Source: a virus
Taxonomy: Duplodnaviria; Caudoviricetes
Virus record (IMG/VR): IMGVR_UViG_3300033066_001396
Coordinates: 1 to 64,000 of that record
Strand: one strand, 5' to 3'
DNA length: 64,000 nt
Numbering within the stretch: the stretch's first letter is position 1; every line of letters starts with the position of its first letter. The position numbers and the translations under genes are program-made. Below the pieces are notes generated by a model. It made no database searches and was not told where the DNA came from. It saw only the letters and a list, made by a program, of their open reading frames with translations. Positions 10,201 through 19,663 of this stretch are shown here, piece after piece.

Positions 10201-10419
10201 GTCCCAATCATCTTCTTTGGCATGTTGCCAGCATATGGAAAAAACAAGGTTTTGTGGAAAGGCCGCCTTAGCAATACAATCCCTTAGCGTCTTTTTTAGT
10301 TCCGAGTCTCTATAAGCTGCAATCTGAATGAATATCGTGTTGTCAGGGTTATCAGAAATGATGTCCATGACATCCAATAACTCAACACCCTCTTGTGTTT
10401 TGTCAAGACTTTGTTCCAT
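7210..10419 (-). CDS. Tandem GT60-like (polypeptide GlcNAc-transferase type) glycosyltransferase x2 fused to a C-terminal CX5R phosphatase-like domain
   Basis: Two copies of: IFIQIAAYRD/ILVHLPAYRE, GVCWAR/GLPYAR, LQLDSHHRF..WD/LQLDAHHRF..WD, SAHFAF/CGHFDF, HDP..YF.GEE, R.(F/W)THGYD..HP. C-term NVLVHCLVGECRS. Confidence 0.85.
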   Translation of the reverse strand: MEQSLDKTQEGVELLDVMDIISDNPDNTIFIQIAAYRDSELKKTLRDCIAKAAFPQNLVFSICWQHAKEDDWDDLDEFKDDPRFKIIDIDYKNSGGVCWARNMLQQQYNGEKYTLQLDSHHRFVKSWDLYLIDTYLSLQAKGFKKPLLTGYVPGYDPQTEVYINKDEVWTLRFNRFAPDDGMLHVEPQNVPDTGKITMPIRARLYSAHFAFTTGLFVKEVPHDPQMYFHGEEPSIAVRAFTHGYDLFHPHRCFIYHFYERKGFKRHWDDNGSQYDKLNSRAHDRFRRLLGIRCDREDLGMFGLGTERSLDEYEKFSGIRFKDCSVQKYTINNYPPPNPYYAIKEQYDQSFLPFFKHCIDIGYHEVPEKDYEFWVVAFRDEHDQDVYRQDAGPAEIERYFKDPDKYCKIWREFFYDRVPVKALVWPFSTSKGWADPIWKDLRGKAVVKAASSETHVEDRPHVEVAMPPPSKTDMVALYKKNLETPYTQTPGIATIDDVNEDMALDTFSETILVHLPAYREPELIPTILDALLHATHPARIHFGICRQYNPTDGFDNLDEFRSDPRFKIIDMPYEEAKGLPYARGLINDTLLTDEDYVLQLDAHHRFVKDWDCIMIGMLNGLEADGVEKPILTGYTPQYSPFNDPGDRVTHPWMSGFRCFYPFGTIFIGPQSLNGWETATKPIPARFLCGHFDFARSQWARDVRHDPSIYFAGEEINLTVRSWTHGYDFYHPHRLVLWHGTMREERSQICKWDDDNRKGIHWDEKQNENRKMIMKLFGIEDHPHITLDPTYGLGTARTVAQYEKFAGLDFKRRAVQQYTVDNQPPPNPLVLGDYTASLKKSFYYVVNVERKDFPRNDYKHILVAFDDENGIGINLEYQPPNFQNGVIHYAKYFTHDMDKRVARVVYWGQTTSDEWAERVEIILPVPEDYSVPTEPFIQNVSRQDIVDGKHFEVGDNTILIQILDAGEDFPEPKFSPLERYYFAFSDEWTSKGVLATEAESIQPAQAEAIAKVLRHAAEIKANVLVHCLVGECRSSAISAAAKTIGFSVLPNKKNNRPNQRVLSMVLEKLKS

Positions 10420-10423
10420 CGAA

Positions 10424-10431
10424 CAAATATA
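10424..10431 (-). promoter_or_regulatory. Bacteroidota sigma -7 element TATATTTG, 4 nt before the ATG of the glycosyltransferase cluster
   Basis: CAAATATA on + strand; matches the TAnnTTTG consensus. Confidence 0.65.
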
Positions 10432-10440
10432 ACAAAACTT

Positions 10441-10725
10441 TTACGGGTGTACGCAAGCTATCTGATTAAATGTTCCGGGGGTCACGCAGCCACAGCCTTG
10501 CCCCGGCACACATACGCAGTCACCAGGACAATAATCGTTGACGCCGGAACAAGCCAGACAATGATCTCCAGCCTGAGTCGTCTCAACACATGATGTGGGA
10601 ACCACCGATCCATTATCACAAGAGCCGCAGAGCGGATCATAACAAGATCCGCTACAGCAACCATTATTTATTGAGGCCCCGAAACATGGGGTGCCTGCCG
10701 CTATACTTCCATTGCCTATTGCCAT
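10441..10725 (-). CDS. Small cysteine-rich protein
   Basis: 94 aa with about 15 Cys (CC, CxxC, CxC); directly follows the giant Cys-rich gene. Confidence 0.8.
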   Translation of the reverse strand: MAIGNGSIAAGTPCFGASINNGCCSGSCYDPLCGSCDNGSVVPTSCVETTQAGDHCLACSGVNDYCPGDCVCVPGQGCGCVTPGTFNQIACVHP

Positions 10726-10740
10726 ATACTTTTTAGTTTA

Positions 10741-13700
10741 TTAAGATAAAATTGATTGTTGAGCACAACATATGTCACCTGCCGCAGGGTTGATCAATGT
10801 ACCTGAACAGCACTGGTATCCTGGTAATAATTGCTGACCACCACAACAGTAGATTGACACACCACAAATATAACCCGTATAGCTTGGTCCGTAGCTTGCG
10901 CAATTGGTATTACATGGGCTTAGCGATGGGCTTGCGGATGCTGTCCTAGTAGCCGTAGGAGTAGCTGTGGCAGTAATACTTGCAGTAGGCGTTATTGATG
11001 GCGTCTTACTTGCAGTAGGCGTTGCACTTAGTGGTGGAACAGAAGTGCTTGGTGTGGCAGATGTACCATTTGAAGGAGTTGTGCTTGGACTAGGCGTGGC
11101 ACTAGGCGTGACAGGTGCCGATCCACTAAGCGACGGACTTGCAGTAGCGCTAGCCCCCGGCGTGCCGGATAAGGACGTGCTTGGCGTTGTGCTAGGAGTT
11201 TTGCTTGGACTTGGGCTAGGAGTATTTGAGTAAACAACTATTCCGCCTTGGTCTGGGCTCGTACTGATTGACGGGGTTATAGTCCTGGTTTGAGTAACGC
11301 TAACCAAAGAATGTGTAACCGACTTAGTAACACTAGTAGTAATGCTTGGCGTTGGAGCTATTGTACAGTCATACAGCTCAGTATATACTTTAGAAGTACA
11401 ACCAAGTATGCTTCCTCTGAATTCAATAGTTGTATTGTTAGGAATATTAATGATAGTACTTCCTACAACGGTGCCTGTACCTGATATAATCTCTATCGTT
11501 GGAGCATCAGCGAATATGATGTCGTAGGTAGCAGGGCTGTTGGTGCAGTCACGTGTCCAGGTCAAATTAACCTCTGATCGCGGAACCAAAACAACATCTG
11601 ATACGCACGCAACATCAAACTGAGCGAAAATAAAAATGTCGTCATTCAGTCCGGCCATGGCCTCGCTTAGCGTAACTTCTCTATTTACAATGCCTCCATT
11701 GATATCTGTGTTCACCGTCTCAATAAGGGTGCCATCGTTTCTATAGATAGACAAAGCCCGTGAAGGATAAGCAGTAGATATCGTATATCGTAGCTTAAGG
11801 ACACCGGACCCATCAGAATAGTATCCTGTGGTACAAGTGGTAAGCGCACTGATAATACGAGGTTTTAAGCAGGTCAATGCTTTCTCTCCTGCGCAATTAC
11901 ATAAGGCCTCGGCAACATAAAGCTTGCCATATTCTATGCCGTCAGGATTGGCAGGTTGAGTGCCGTCAAGTATTGCTTTGTCGGAGCCACCTGAAATAAA
12001 CTGTCGCTTGATCAGTGTTCCGTTCTCAAAGAAGTTGACTTTAATGTCTGATTTTGGACGCGGAAGTTCTTCTTTTACTATATCTACATAACCTGCGCTA
12101 TCCATGCGTTCTGTGTCTCCGTCACAAACTTTAGATGACCAGTTTGATGCCGAAAAGTTATAAACACAACCATCTACGAATGTAACGCCTACTAGAGAGA
12201 TCGCAACCCAAGCAAGGCAATTATCGCACAAGTGCTCATTGTCTCCGTAGGTAAATGGAATGTCATCGCCAGTAGGATGAAGTACATCTATTGCGCTTAA
12301 ATTGAAAGTGGTATTGTCGCTGAGTGATACTATAAATGTAAGATTAGCCGATCCTGTAAGATCAACTTGTCCGAACGTATAACAACGTGCGTCTTGAACT
12401 ATGCCCACAATTGTCTGGCTATTGGTATTGTTAACCAATGTAATTCCAGTAATGTGAGTGCCGATAGTTGAAGGCCATCCCATACAAAGCCTTAAAAGCG
12501 AATGATTGTCGGCATATGTCCCACCGGGGGCTGTTCCGCTATATACTCGCTCAAGACTAAAGCTTGAGGTAAAAGAATCCTGTGCCTGGGCACTACATGG
12601 AATATCTACATATCCGCCCACCTCGTTGACATTAGCAATGTCTACTATCTTCCTGAATTCAGGAGCATCAACAAGGAGTTTTCCGCTCTTAATAAATGGA
12701 TTAGCGCCATATCCCACCTCAAACAACCCCTTTAAAGCGTTGGTATTCGCAAAATCTGATTGGAAAGTGAGTCTAAAGAAGTCACCCATTTTGGTAACGG
12801 TCTTTATGAATATCGGCAATGGTCGTTCTGCATCACATGGGCATGTTGACGCCGGAACACTTACCTCATATTTGCTGCCATTTTGTACAACAACCACATC
12901 AGCATCTTCAATATCACATGCTGCAGAAGTACGTATTTCAAGGGTTCTGGTTCCTTCTTCGTTGCCTCTACGGAGCGTAACGGTATTCACGCCAACTATC
13001 CCCGGCACTGTGGCACCAGGTACATATGGTCCGAATCCTGATCCGTTGACTTTAATCTGATAGGTGTCGCCCGGCTTGTCAGCAGAATATATGCTACCAG
13101 GAGGTATTTTAATAACTGGCGTGTCGCCTACTTTTTCAAGTTGAAAACTTAGGTCAGCACATGGGAATATTCCCACCTTTCCGCCAGGGCATCCAACCTT
13201 GCTCCACTCAACTACTATAAGCTTTTTAGGATCGGTAGTGATAGGTCCTTGTCCGACAGGAGTAAAGGTAAATGGCTTGTTGAAGTTGGCAGTACTCAAT
13301 ACTGATTTGCTAATAGGATAACCATTCAGCCTATATGTAACGGCATCGTTAAGATTGCCCATTGTCCTGTTGCTGGTACAGTGACCATTTAAGATTGGCT
13401 CGAAAGCGTTACAGCAATTTTTTTTTTCACTTCCGGTAGCAGTTCCACAAGGGAAGTTTACTGTATAGTCATATACAGGAGCCCCTTCGATCCATGCGTC
13501 AGCGATAAATGTTACTTTCTCAGCATCATCGATCTCGGGACTTATATTAGTTCCGTTGTGAACCCTCATAGTTACAGAGGTGAACGTAGGGGTATATTTT
13601 GCTTTCCAGAAAGTGTATCTGACCTTTGTTCCGGGAGGCACAGGTACACCGCCAACAACCAGGTCATTAGCGCATTCAGCATCAGGAATTACTGATGGAG

Positions 13701-16107
13701 GTACCGGAGGAGTAAAGTTGTGCGTATTGACACATTCATAACCGTTATTGCAGACCATTCTTAAGGTCACAGTCTTTATACCTGCCTTGTCCGTAAAGTG
13801 TCCGCTATATCCTGCATTGAATAGGTTAAAACCGCCAGGGACCACACTCGTGCCATTGATTAATAGTTCAAATTTCTTGTTTTTGTTAGCATGGCAGGTC
13901 TTACCAATAACCACATCTACTGATTGACCACATGAATTAGGGTCTATGTCAGCGGTGAAGTCAGGAGGATTGCAGAATACAATATATTTAGATGTGAGTG
14001 GCTTACAACTGCAGTCAGTCTTTAACCCATAGTGGAAGCAGCTTTCTACATACTTCACACCATTAACCACCTCGTCATTTAGTCGATCGACAAATTTCCC
14101 TGCTGAGTCAAGAGGGACATACGCTGTCCTGAACCAGGTACTTGCATCAAAGTTGCCGTTAGCACTCTTATACCAGATGAATTTTGGCAGTCTGGTGTCG
14201 TTATTGGATGCCGTTCCGGACATTCTTACACTTCCAAAGCCACTGTTAGTGATCACCTCAAAACGGGAAAGTTCTTTGGAGCCAGGATATTTGCAAGTGT
14301 TCTTAAATACCCAGTCATGAGAACTGAGAATAAAAGTAACGGAACTGACAATCCTGTTTTCTCCGACGATACCAGAAGAGATAGGGAAGCCATTCATTTG
14401 ATAGATAGTGACGTTACCCATTGGTATAACGCCGGCATTGGCTATTGACTGAGATAGCGTCTGAACCATGGCGTCCGGACGAATACCATTGATCGGCTGG
14501 AAGTTGGTGATTACATCTAATTTCAATGTTCCACCATCCGCCGTTTCGTTTATGCTAATGTCTGGGTTGATGGTGTTGCTAAGCAACCAGTTATCGTCTC
14601 CCAAATTATTACCTAAGAACAACTTGGCATCAAAACCAATGGTATGAGTGCCCGATGTCTTTGGTTGCCCAGGAGTGCTTGCCTTTAAAGTAGATATCAA
14701 GTTGGCTGATATTACAGGGCAGCCGCATTCGCGATCTTTAGTCAGTTGACCCTCTAGCTTACATCCCGCATCAATCTTTACGATTTCCAGGGTGTCTTTA
14801 CATAGGTAGTCTGGATCCCCTTCGCAGGTACCATTACCACTACATCGGCATCCTTCGTGAGCCGCGCAGTCGCCGTTATCACAGCTAAAGAACTCGCATG
14901 GCACACATTTATTTTTATCGCACGTGCAGCCATCGCCGCATTCTCCTTTAGTATTGCAGTTACCAGCGCATTTGTTACCAGTTCCTACACAGTTACCGTT
15001 CTGGCATTCACAGCCAAGAGCTCTGGCGCAGTCACCATTGGTGCAGCTCAGCTTAGAGCAGTCCACACATTTAGTGTCAAGACAGCCGCAGCCATTTCCA
15101 CCGCCACCACAACCGCCTCCATTGGTACAGTCACCGGTGCATTTATCGGATACGCACTTGTCGTTTCCGGCACAATGGCATCCATTAGCACATCCTGAAC
15201 TACAATTTCCGCAGGGGACGCATACGCATACCCCTTCTATACTTTTACATACCTTACCTTCATTAGTACATGAAGAAGGCTTATTACAGTCACATTTTTC
15301 GAGACAGTCACCGTTAACACATATCTGACCATCTGGACACTGTCTTGGAACGCACTTTCCATTTATACATTCACCGCACGGACCGCAGTCGTTTCCTGTA
15401 CATTCAGGTTTTGGATCGCATTTCCCGGTCAGTGGATTAAGAACAAATCCTGGGCAACAAACACATTGGTTGCCGGTGCTACAACAGAAGTTGTCACCTT
15501 TGGCAGAACAGTCTCCGCCAGCAACACATTCTTTACAAATACCATCGCGAGGATCACATACTCCATTGCCTCCACAAGATCCCTTATATACACAGGTGCC
15601 ATCAACACAGGTATAGCACTTTCCATATTTAGCCTCACAATGGTTTTGGGTCTGACACTCAACACATCGGCCATTGCCCATGTCATAAGGCTTCCCTGGT
15701 CCACACTGGCATTTGCCTGCAATACATTGCTGGGTGCCTGGGCATGGGTGCAGTTCATCACAATCAACACATATATTATTGGTCTCGTCACATACACCGG
15801 TACATCTATCAACGCAATATCCTTGTGGTCCGCAGTCCTGGCATGGTCCGCAGCCAAGTCCATTGGCGCAGAAACACACATCCCGCTCAAGTAGTTGGTT
15901 TATTCCACAACTAGTACAGGCAATAAATAGCTTGATACATTTTTTGTCGCTTCCTGTAAGGGGAGTGAGAAAAGATACATCAACACAATTGCTGTTGGGA
16001 GGGCAAGAGATAAGGACGCCTGGTTGTTCTATCCAGGTTATAACAGGATTGGCGCAACAGGAAGGAATTCCGGTTACGCAATATGTAATTCTTGTAAGCG
16101 CTGCCAT
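10741..16107 (-). CDS. Giant Cys-rich putative virion appendage/fibre protein (1788 aa): Cys-repeat N-region, beta-rich middle, mucin-like S/T/P tract, Cys-rich tip
   Basis: aa ~75-435 are CxxxxxC..CxCxxxxC repeats; ~150 aa TPSxTPS tract near the C-terminus; lies in the structural operon. Confidence 0.75.
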   Translation of the reverse strand: MAALTRITYCVTGIPSCCANPVITWIEQPGVLISCPPNSNCVDVSFLTPLTGSDKKCIKLFIACTSCGINQLLERDVCFCANGLGCGPCQDCGPQGYCVDRCTGVCDETNNICVDCDELHPCPGTQQCIAGKCQCGPGKPYDMGNGRCVECQTQNHCEAKYGKCYTCVDGTCVYKGSCGGNGVCDPRDGICKECVAGGDCSAKGDNFCCSTGNQCVCCPGFVLNPLTGKCDPKPECTGNDCGPCGECINGKCVPRQCPDGQICVNGDCLEKCDCNKPSSCTNEGKVCKSIEGVCVCVPCGNCSSGCANGCHCAGNDKCVSDKCTGDCTNGGGCGGGGNGCGCLDTKCVDCSKLSCTNGDCARALGCECQNGNCVGTGNKCAGNCNTKGECGDGCTCDKNKCVPCEFFSCDNGDCAAHEGCRCSGNGTCEGDPDYLCKDTLEIVKIDAGCKLEGQLTKDRECGCPVISANLISTLKASTPGQPKTSGTHTIGFDAKLFLGNNLGDDNWLLSNTINPDISINETADGGTLKLDVITNFQPINGIRPDAMVQTLSQSIANAGVIPMGNVTIYQMNGFPISSGIVGENRIVSSVTFILSSHDWVFKNTCKYPGSKELSRFEVITNSGFGSVRMSGTASNNDTRLPKFIWYKSANGNFDASTWFRTAYVPLDSAGKFVDRLNDEVVNGVKYVESCFHYGLKTDCSCKPLTSKYIVFCNPPDFTADIDPNSCGQSVDVVIGKTCHANKNKKFELLINGTSVVPGGFNLFNAGYSGHFTDKAGIKTVTLRMVCNNGYECVNTHNFTPPVPPSVIPDAECANDLVVGGVPVPPGTKVRYTFWKAKYTPTFTSVTMRVHNGTNISPEIDDAEKVTFIADAWIEGAPVYDYTVNFPCGTATGSEKKNCCNAFEPILNGHCTSNRTMGNLNDAVTYRLNGYPISKSVLSTANFNKPFTFTPVGQGPITTDPKKLIVVEWSKVGCPGGKVGIFPCADLSFQLEKVGDTPVIKIPPGSIYSADKPGDTYQIKVNGSGFGPYVPGATVPGIVGVNTVTLRRGNEEGTRTLEIRTSAACDIEDADVVVVQNGSKYEVSVPASTCPCDAERPLPIFIKTVTKMGDFFRLTFQSDFANTNALKGLFEVGYGANPFIKSGKLLVDAPEFRKIVDIANVNEVGGYVDIPCSAQAQDSFTSSFSLERVYSGTAPGGTYADNHSLLRLCMGWPSTIGTHITGITLVNNTNSQTIVGIVQDARCYTFGQVDLTGSANLTFIVSLSDNTTFNLSAIDVLHPTGDDIPFTYGDNEHLCDNCLAWVAISLVGVTFVDGCVYNFSASNWSSKVCDGDTERMDSAGYVDIVKEELPRPKSDIKVNFFENGTLIKRQFISGGSDKAILDGTQPANPDGIEYGKLYVAEALCNCAGEKALTCLKPRIISALTTCTTGYYSDGSGVLKLRYTISTAYPSRALSIYRNDGTLIETVNTDINGGIVNREVTLSEAMAGLNDDIFIFAQFDVACVSDVVLVPRSEVNLTWTRDCTNSPATYDIIFADAPTIEIISGTGTVVGSTIINIPNNTTIEFRGSILGCTSKVYTELYDCTIAPTPSITTSVTKSVTHSLVSVTQTRTITPSISTSPDQGGIVVYSNTPSPSPSKTPSTTPSTSLSGTPGASATASPSLSGSAPVTPSATPSPSTTPSNGTSATPSTSVPPLSATPTASKTPSITPTASITATATPTATRTASASPSLSPCNTNCASYGPSYTGYICGVSIYCCGGQQLLPGYQCCSGTLINPAAGDICCAQQSILS

Positions 16108-16949
16108 ATGTCGGTTTCGTTGTGAACATCAAAATCTGTAAAAAAATATTCTTTTCCTTCAGCTGTCACGATCATTGGACATCTTTTCTCTCCATTGAAC
16201 TTGACACTCATTCCGCAGCTGTATATTTTTTTAACAAGCTTTGCGTCCACTCCACAATTCATAATATTTACATAATCGTGGAATCCAACATCGCACTTAC
16301 TACTTTTAATAAGCGCCTTATAATTAATCTTACACGTATTCTTTGTGATTACGCCAACATAATTGGCTTCACAACTCTTATCGTCAGTAAAGATATTATA
16401 TTTTATAATACAATCTGCGTGCTTTTGCGCTATTTCGGCAAAAATCTCGCAATCGACCTTCTTTTGTATAATATCCGCAGCCAACTGACAGGCTTTATTT
16501 CCATCTACCCTGGTTATGGTCAACCCCACCATATCGCATACACGGTACATGGCTGCTTGCCACTTATCGTATGAAATACAAAATGGATTAGATGGAGTCC
16601 ATTCCGATAGTCGGCTTGAGTCTATCTCTAATCCTAGTAGGTTTTTTCCGGAGCACTTTAGGCCCAGGGTCCTGCTTATACCTTCGCATATAATATGCAC
16701 CTGCTTGCAGCTTAAACAAAGAGAGCCCTGATTTCTCAGGGCGTCCCTCAACCTGCAAAGCAGACTATGGAACACGTTGAGTTTTCTTATCCTGTCGTGA
16801 TCTTCAACAAGACGTGTTCCGTAGAGCATATTGTTCAATAGTCCTTCGCCTATCGCAGATATCTCTTCTTTGACAGCATAAAGAACCTCTGTAACCCCGT
16901 TAAGGGTAGGCTCCTCACAACATAATATGCTATGGGCGCAATTTCTCAT
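16074..16949 (-). CDS. Cys-rich hypothetical structural-module protein
   Basis: Likely start MRNCAHS at 16949 (ATGA overlap with the upstream stop). Confidence 0.7.
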   Translation of the reverse strand: MRNCAHSILCCEEPTLNGVTEVLYAVKEEISAIGEGLLNNMLYGTRLVEDHDRIRKLNVFHSLLCRLRDALRNQGSLCLSCKQVHIICEGISRTLGLKCSGKNLLGLEIDSSRLSEWTPSNPFCISYDKWQAAMYRVCDMVGLTITRVDGNKACQLAADIIQKKVDCEIFAEIAQKHADCIIKYNIFTDDKSCEANYVGVITKNTCKINYKALIKSSKCDVGFHDYVNIMNCGVDAKLVKKIYSCGMSVKFNGEKRCPMIVTAEGKEYFFTDFDVHNETDIWQRLQELHIA

Positions 16950-17212
16950 TTTACTTGCCGCAACCGCAGCCACCGCCGTTTGTCATTGGTATTTGTTTTT
17001 TTGATTGTTAATTGCAACTCTTTTTCATCCAGCAACTTTTTTATGCTGTCCATCTTCATCTCCAGCCTAGCGCCTTCAATGTAAACTAAGGAATCTAAAA
17101 CCTTCTTTCTTTCATTACTAATGACAGCACTAGGCATGTTTGGCCTCTTCGTTTCTGTTTCTGTGAACAGTAAGAATAACGCTGTACTGACAATTAATGC
17201 TGATAGTTTCAT
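16946..17212 (-). CDS. Small exported/membrane protein (possible lysis accessory)
   Basis: Hydrophobic N-terminus MKLSALIVSTALFLLF, coiled-coil-like body. Confidence 0.5.
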   Translation of the reverse strand: MKLSALIVSTALFLLFTETETKRPNMPSAVISNERKKVLDSLVYIEGARLEMKMDSIKKLLDEKELQLTIKKTNTNDKRRWLRLRQVK

Positions 17213-17511
17213 TTTCTCCTTTTATTTAGCTCTTCAACTTTATCGTGTAAATCATCAATTTTTCTGGCATATCTGGCATTTAACTCCTCGTATTTAAGAA
17301 TATAGTTATTATAAATATCCATCTTTTCTTTATTACAAGCCTCTTCCTTTATTACCATATCCTGAAACATCTCCTTCCGTTCTTTGTACAATGACACAAT
17401 CACAGAGGATAATGTCATGATAATTATCCCAGAGCCCACTATGATAGCAGCCCGGGGATTGGCCACGGCTAACGTGAACCAGTTGTTTGAAACCTCTTTT
17501 TTTTCCCTCAT
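17209..17511 (-). CDS. Single-TM coiled-coil protein (holin- or spanin-like, uncertain)
   Basis: TM AAIIVGSGIIIMTLSSVIVSLY followed by a charged coiled coil. Confidence 0.5.
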   Translation of the reverse strand: MREKKEVSNNWFTLAVANPRAAIIVGSGIIIMTLSSVIVSLYKERKEMFQDMVIKEEACNKEKMDIYNNYILKYEELNARYARKIDDLHDKVEELNKRRK

Positions 17512-17521
17512 TATTCATATT

Positions 17522-18688
17522 TTATACACTTGTACTGGGGGTGACAGAAATACTCTTAGTGACGCTTGGTGTAACGCTGATGCTACGAGTAACACTGATA
17601 CTTGAGGTAATGCTGGGGGTAATTGATATGGTAGACGTGACGGACGGGGTTATTGTTGGCGTCACGCTTATAGTAGGACTGAGCGGTATCGCTGGCCTCC
17701 GTACTCTGATCAGAATATTAAATACCACATCGTCTACCGGGTCGGCAATTACGCCTCCAACCTCATGAGTAAAGGCTAGCTGGTTTTCACTAATCCTTCC
17801 TCCATCGATATTAAATGGGGTATTATAATCTGGTGTAATAAATATATTGGTGTGGTTCCATGTAAATGCTCCTGCTAGAGTAGCCCGGTAATCTCCTCCG
17901 CTGACACGAGTCCATACAATGGTTCCAGGAAACTCATTGTTGTTTACATATACTGATGGCGGACCGCCATCAGCACGTAATGTCACAAACCCCTCATATT
18001 CTGTAGGGTCTGTAAACAACTTATTTATCTTGACCGTGGCTGTAGAAAAAGAACTGTACGGATTACCATCAGCACAATTATCACATGTCACTGTATAATC
18101 AAAATAACTATCCTTTTTAGGATTGATCCTGACAATATTTGCCCAACCATCCTTAGTAATACTGATTACATTGACATTGATAGAACTGTTCGCTACTAAA
18201 TTATATCCTTTAGTGCAGCAAGGACAAATAACTGTGTCGTTGCCTCCAACATAAACTCTTTCATATAGGTCATCATCAGAAATCTGAATACTTGGAGTAA
18301 TAAAGCTTTCAGGATTGCACGGCACATCTCCAACCTTAGATACAAATACCCTACGGAGATTGTTTTCCAGGATAGCGTCTGACTCGTTAAGTGTCAACGC
18401 CTGGGTAATTACCATATTAAGAAGAGAGATGTCATCGACACTATATTTTATCTTAATACTTTTCAGCCCTTTCCTGTAGATATTACCTATGGTCCATATG
18501 CCCAAACTTGGATTAAATACTCCATTGCCTGGTGCCACAGTATGTGACACATAAGAAAGACCGGCCACCGGCAAAGTAAATGTCCCTATAACACCGGTGG
18601 CGTCAATAAGGGCACTTATATTCCTGGCGGTCCACTCAACCTCGAACTGATCACCATTGTTTTTAACGAAGTATTGATTGTTTTGCAT
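17522..18688 (-). CDS. DUF11/Ig-like domain structural protein with C-terminal mucin-like tag
   Basis: Likely start MQNNQ at 18688; GDQFEVEWTARN..LP.GLSYVS..G.FN...GIWTIGNI is DUF11-like; ends TPSVTKSISVTPSTSV. Confidence 0.7.
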   Translation of the reverse strand: MQNNQYFVKNNGDQFEVEWTARNISALIDATGVIGTFTLPVAGLSYVSHTVAPGNGVFNPSLGIWTIGNIYRKGLKSIKIKYSVDDISLLNMVITQALTLNESDAILENNLRRVFVSKVGDVPCNPESFITPSIQISDDDLYERVYVGGNDTVICPCCTKGYNLVANSSINVNVISITKDGWANIVRINPKKDSYFDYTVTCDNCADGNPYSSFSTATVKINKLFTDPTEYEGFVTLRADGGPPSVYVNNNEFPGTIVWTRVSGGDYRATLAGAFTWNHTNIFITPDYNTPFNIDGGRISENQLAFTHEVGGVIADPVDDVVFNILIRVRRPAIPLSPTISVTPTITPSVTSTISITPSITSSISVTRSISVTPSVTKSISVTPSTSV

Positions 18689-18690
18689 TT

Positions 18691-19149
18691 TTATGTAGTT
18701 GAAATGTCGGCACCAGCATCGATACATCCTTCAGTACACTCGTCGCATATCTGTCCGTCAGGGCAGGAGATAGTTGCGCACACATCTTTAACACACACCA
18801 CTATTTCGAAGAAATCTCCCCGGCCAGTGGTGGGGCATATTACCTGTCCTCGTATACGATAGCACGCGGTCTTAAGCGCCGTTGTCTTAAAAGCATAAGT
18901 AATAATCCCGTCGTTTAAGGCAACCCAGTCAAAGCCAGAATCCCATGAGTCAAGTTTAAAAATGACACCGGTTCCGCATACTGTACTGTTGCGAGTATTT
19001 ATGTCCAGGCTCTTGAAATCAATTGTTCCTACCTGACCACAGATCCCTACGCTGTCTTTGCTATATACTACATGATACCCACCAACAATGCATCCTGTCT
19101 TGCAGATAGGGTTTGTGGGGGTTGATATTGTTGTGCATTTACATCCCAT
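18691..19149 (-). CDS. Cys-rich hypothetical structural protein
   Basis: C-terminal CATISCPDGQICDECTEGC resembles the repeat CPDGQICVNGDC in the 1788-aa protein. Confidence 0.7.
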   Translation of the reverse strand: MGCKCTTISTPTNPICKTGCIVGGYHVVYSKDSVGICGQVGTIDFKSLDINTRNSTVCGTGVIFKLDSWDSGFDWVALNDGIITYAFKTTALKTACYRIRGQVICPTTGRGDFFEIVVCVKDVCATISCPDGQICDECTEGCIDAGADISTT

Positions 19150-19150
19150 T

Positions 19151-19663
19151 TCACTTACATTTACAGTTACAATTAAGTTCTTCTAGTGAGCTCTTCACTT
19201 CCTCGAACATTACCCTGGAATGTTCTATATTCTTTCTCTCTGCATCTCGCTCGGCCATTCCCAGGAGCCTTTGGATTCTTTCTACTTTTACAAAGTCTGA
19301 ATCCCTAGCATCTTTCTCAATAAGTTGATAAACATATTGATCAAGACAACATTGGGTCTTGCAGGCATTGAGGCGATATCTTATATAAGTATCTTCACAA
19401 GTTTCTACTTTGATGCATATTATTCCTTCCGGTATTGTTCCCTCAAACCCCAGTTGTTCCGGAGTCCAGTGATTAACACCATCTGCTTTTACAGTGATCC
19501 TTCGACCACCACCGCTCATAGAAAAAACAATGTCGTAGGTAGCTGGCTTTTCATAGTTTGGGCCATCTTCCCACTCTGACATGTCCTCATAGGTAAGTGC
19601 ATCGCATCCATTGCTACGGAGGACAAAGTCAAATCGATTGTTCTTTATACACGAGCATTTCAT
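19151..19663 (-). CDS. Cys-rich hypothetical structural protein
   Basis: Starts MKCSC, ends NCNCKCK; coupled in the operon. Confidence 0.7.
   Translation of the reverse strand: MKCSCIKNNRFDFVLRSNGCDALTYEDMSEWEDGPNYEKPATYDIVFSMSGGGRRITVKADGVNHWTPEQLGFEGTIPEGIICIKVETCEDTYIRYRLNACKTQCCLDQYVYQLIEKDARDSDFVKVERIQRLLGMAERDAERKNIEHSRVMFEEVKSSLEELNCNCKCK

Noticed and set aside
10741-16107. Eukaryotic or giant-virus origin suggested by Cys-rich/mucin proteins and GT60
   Set aside because: Context is a tailed-phage head module with bacterial operon coupling, Bacteroidota promoters and bacterial-type tRNAs.
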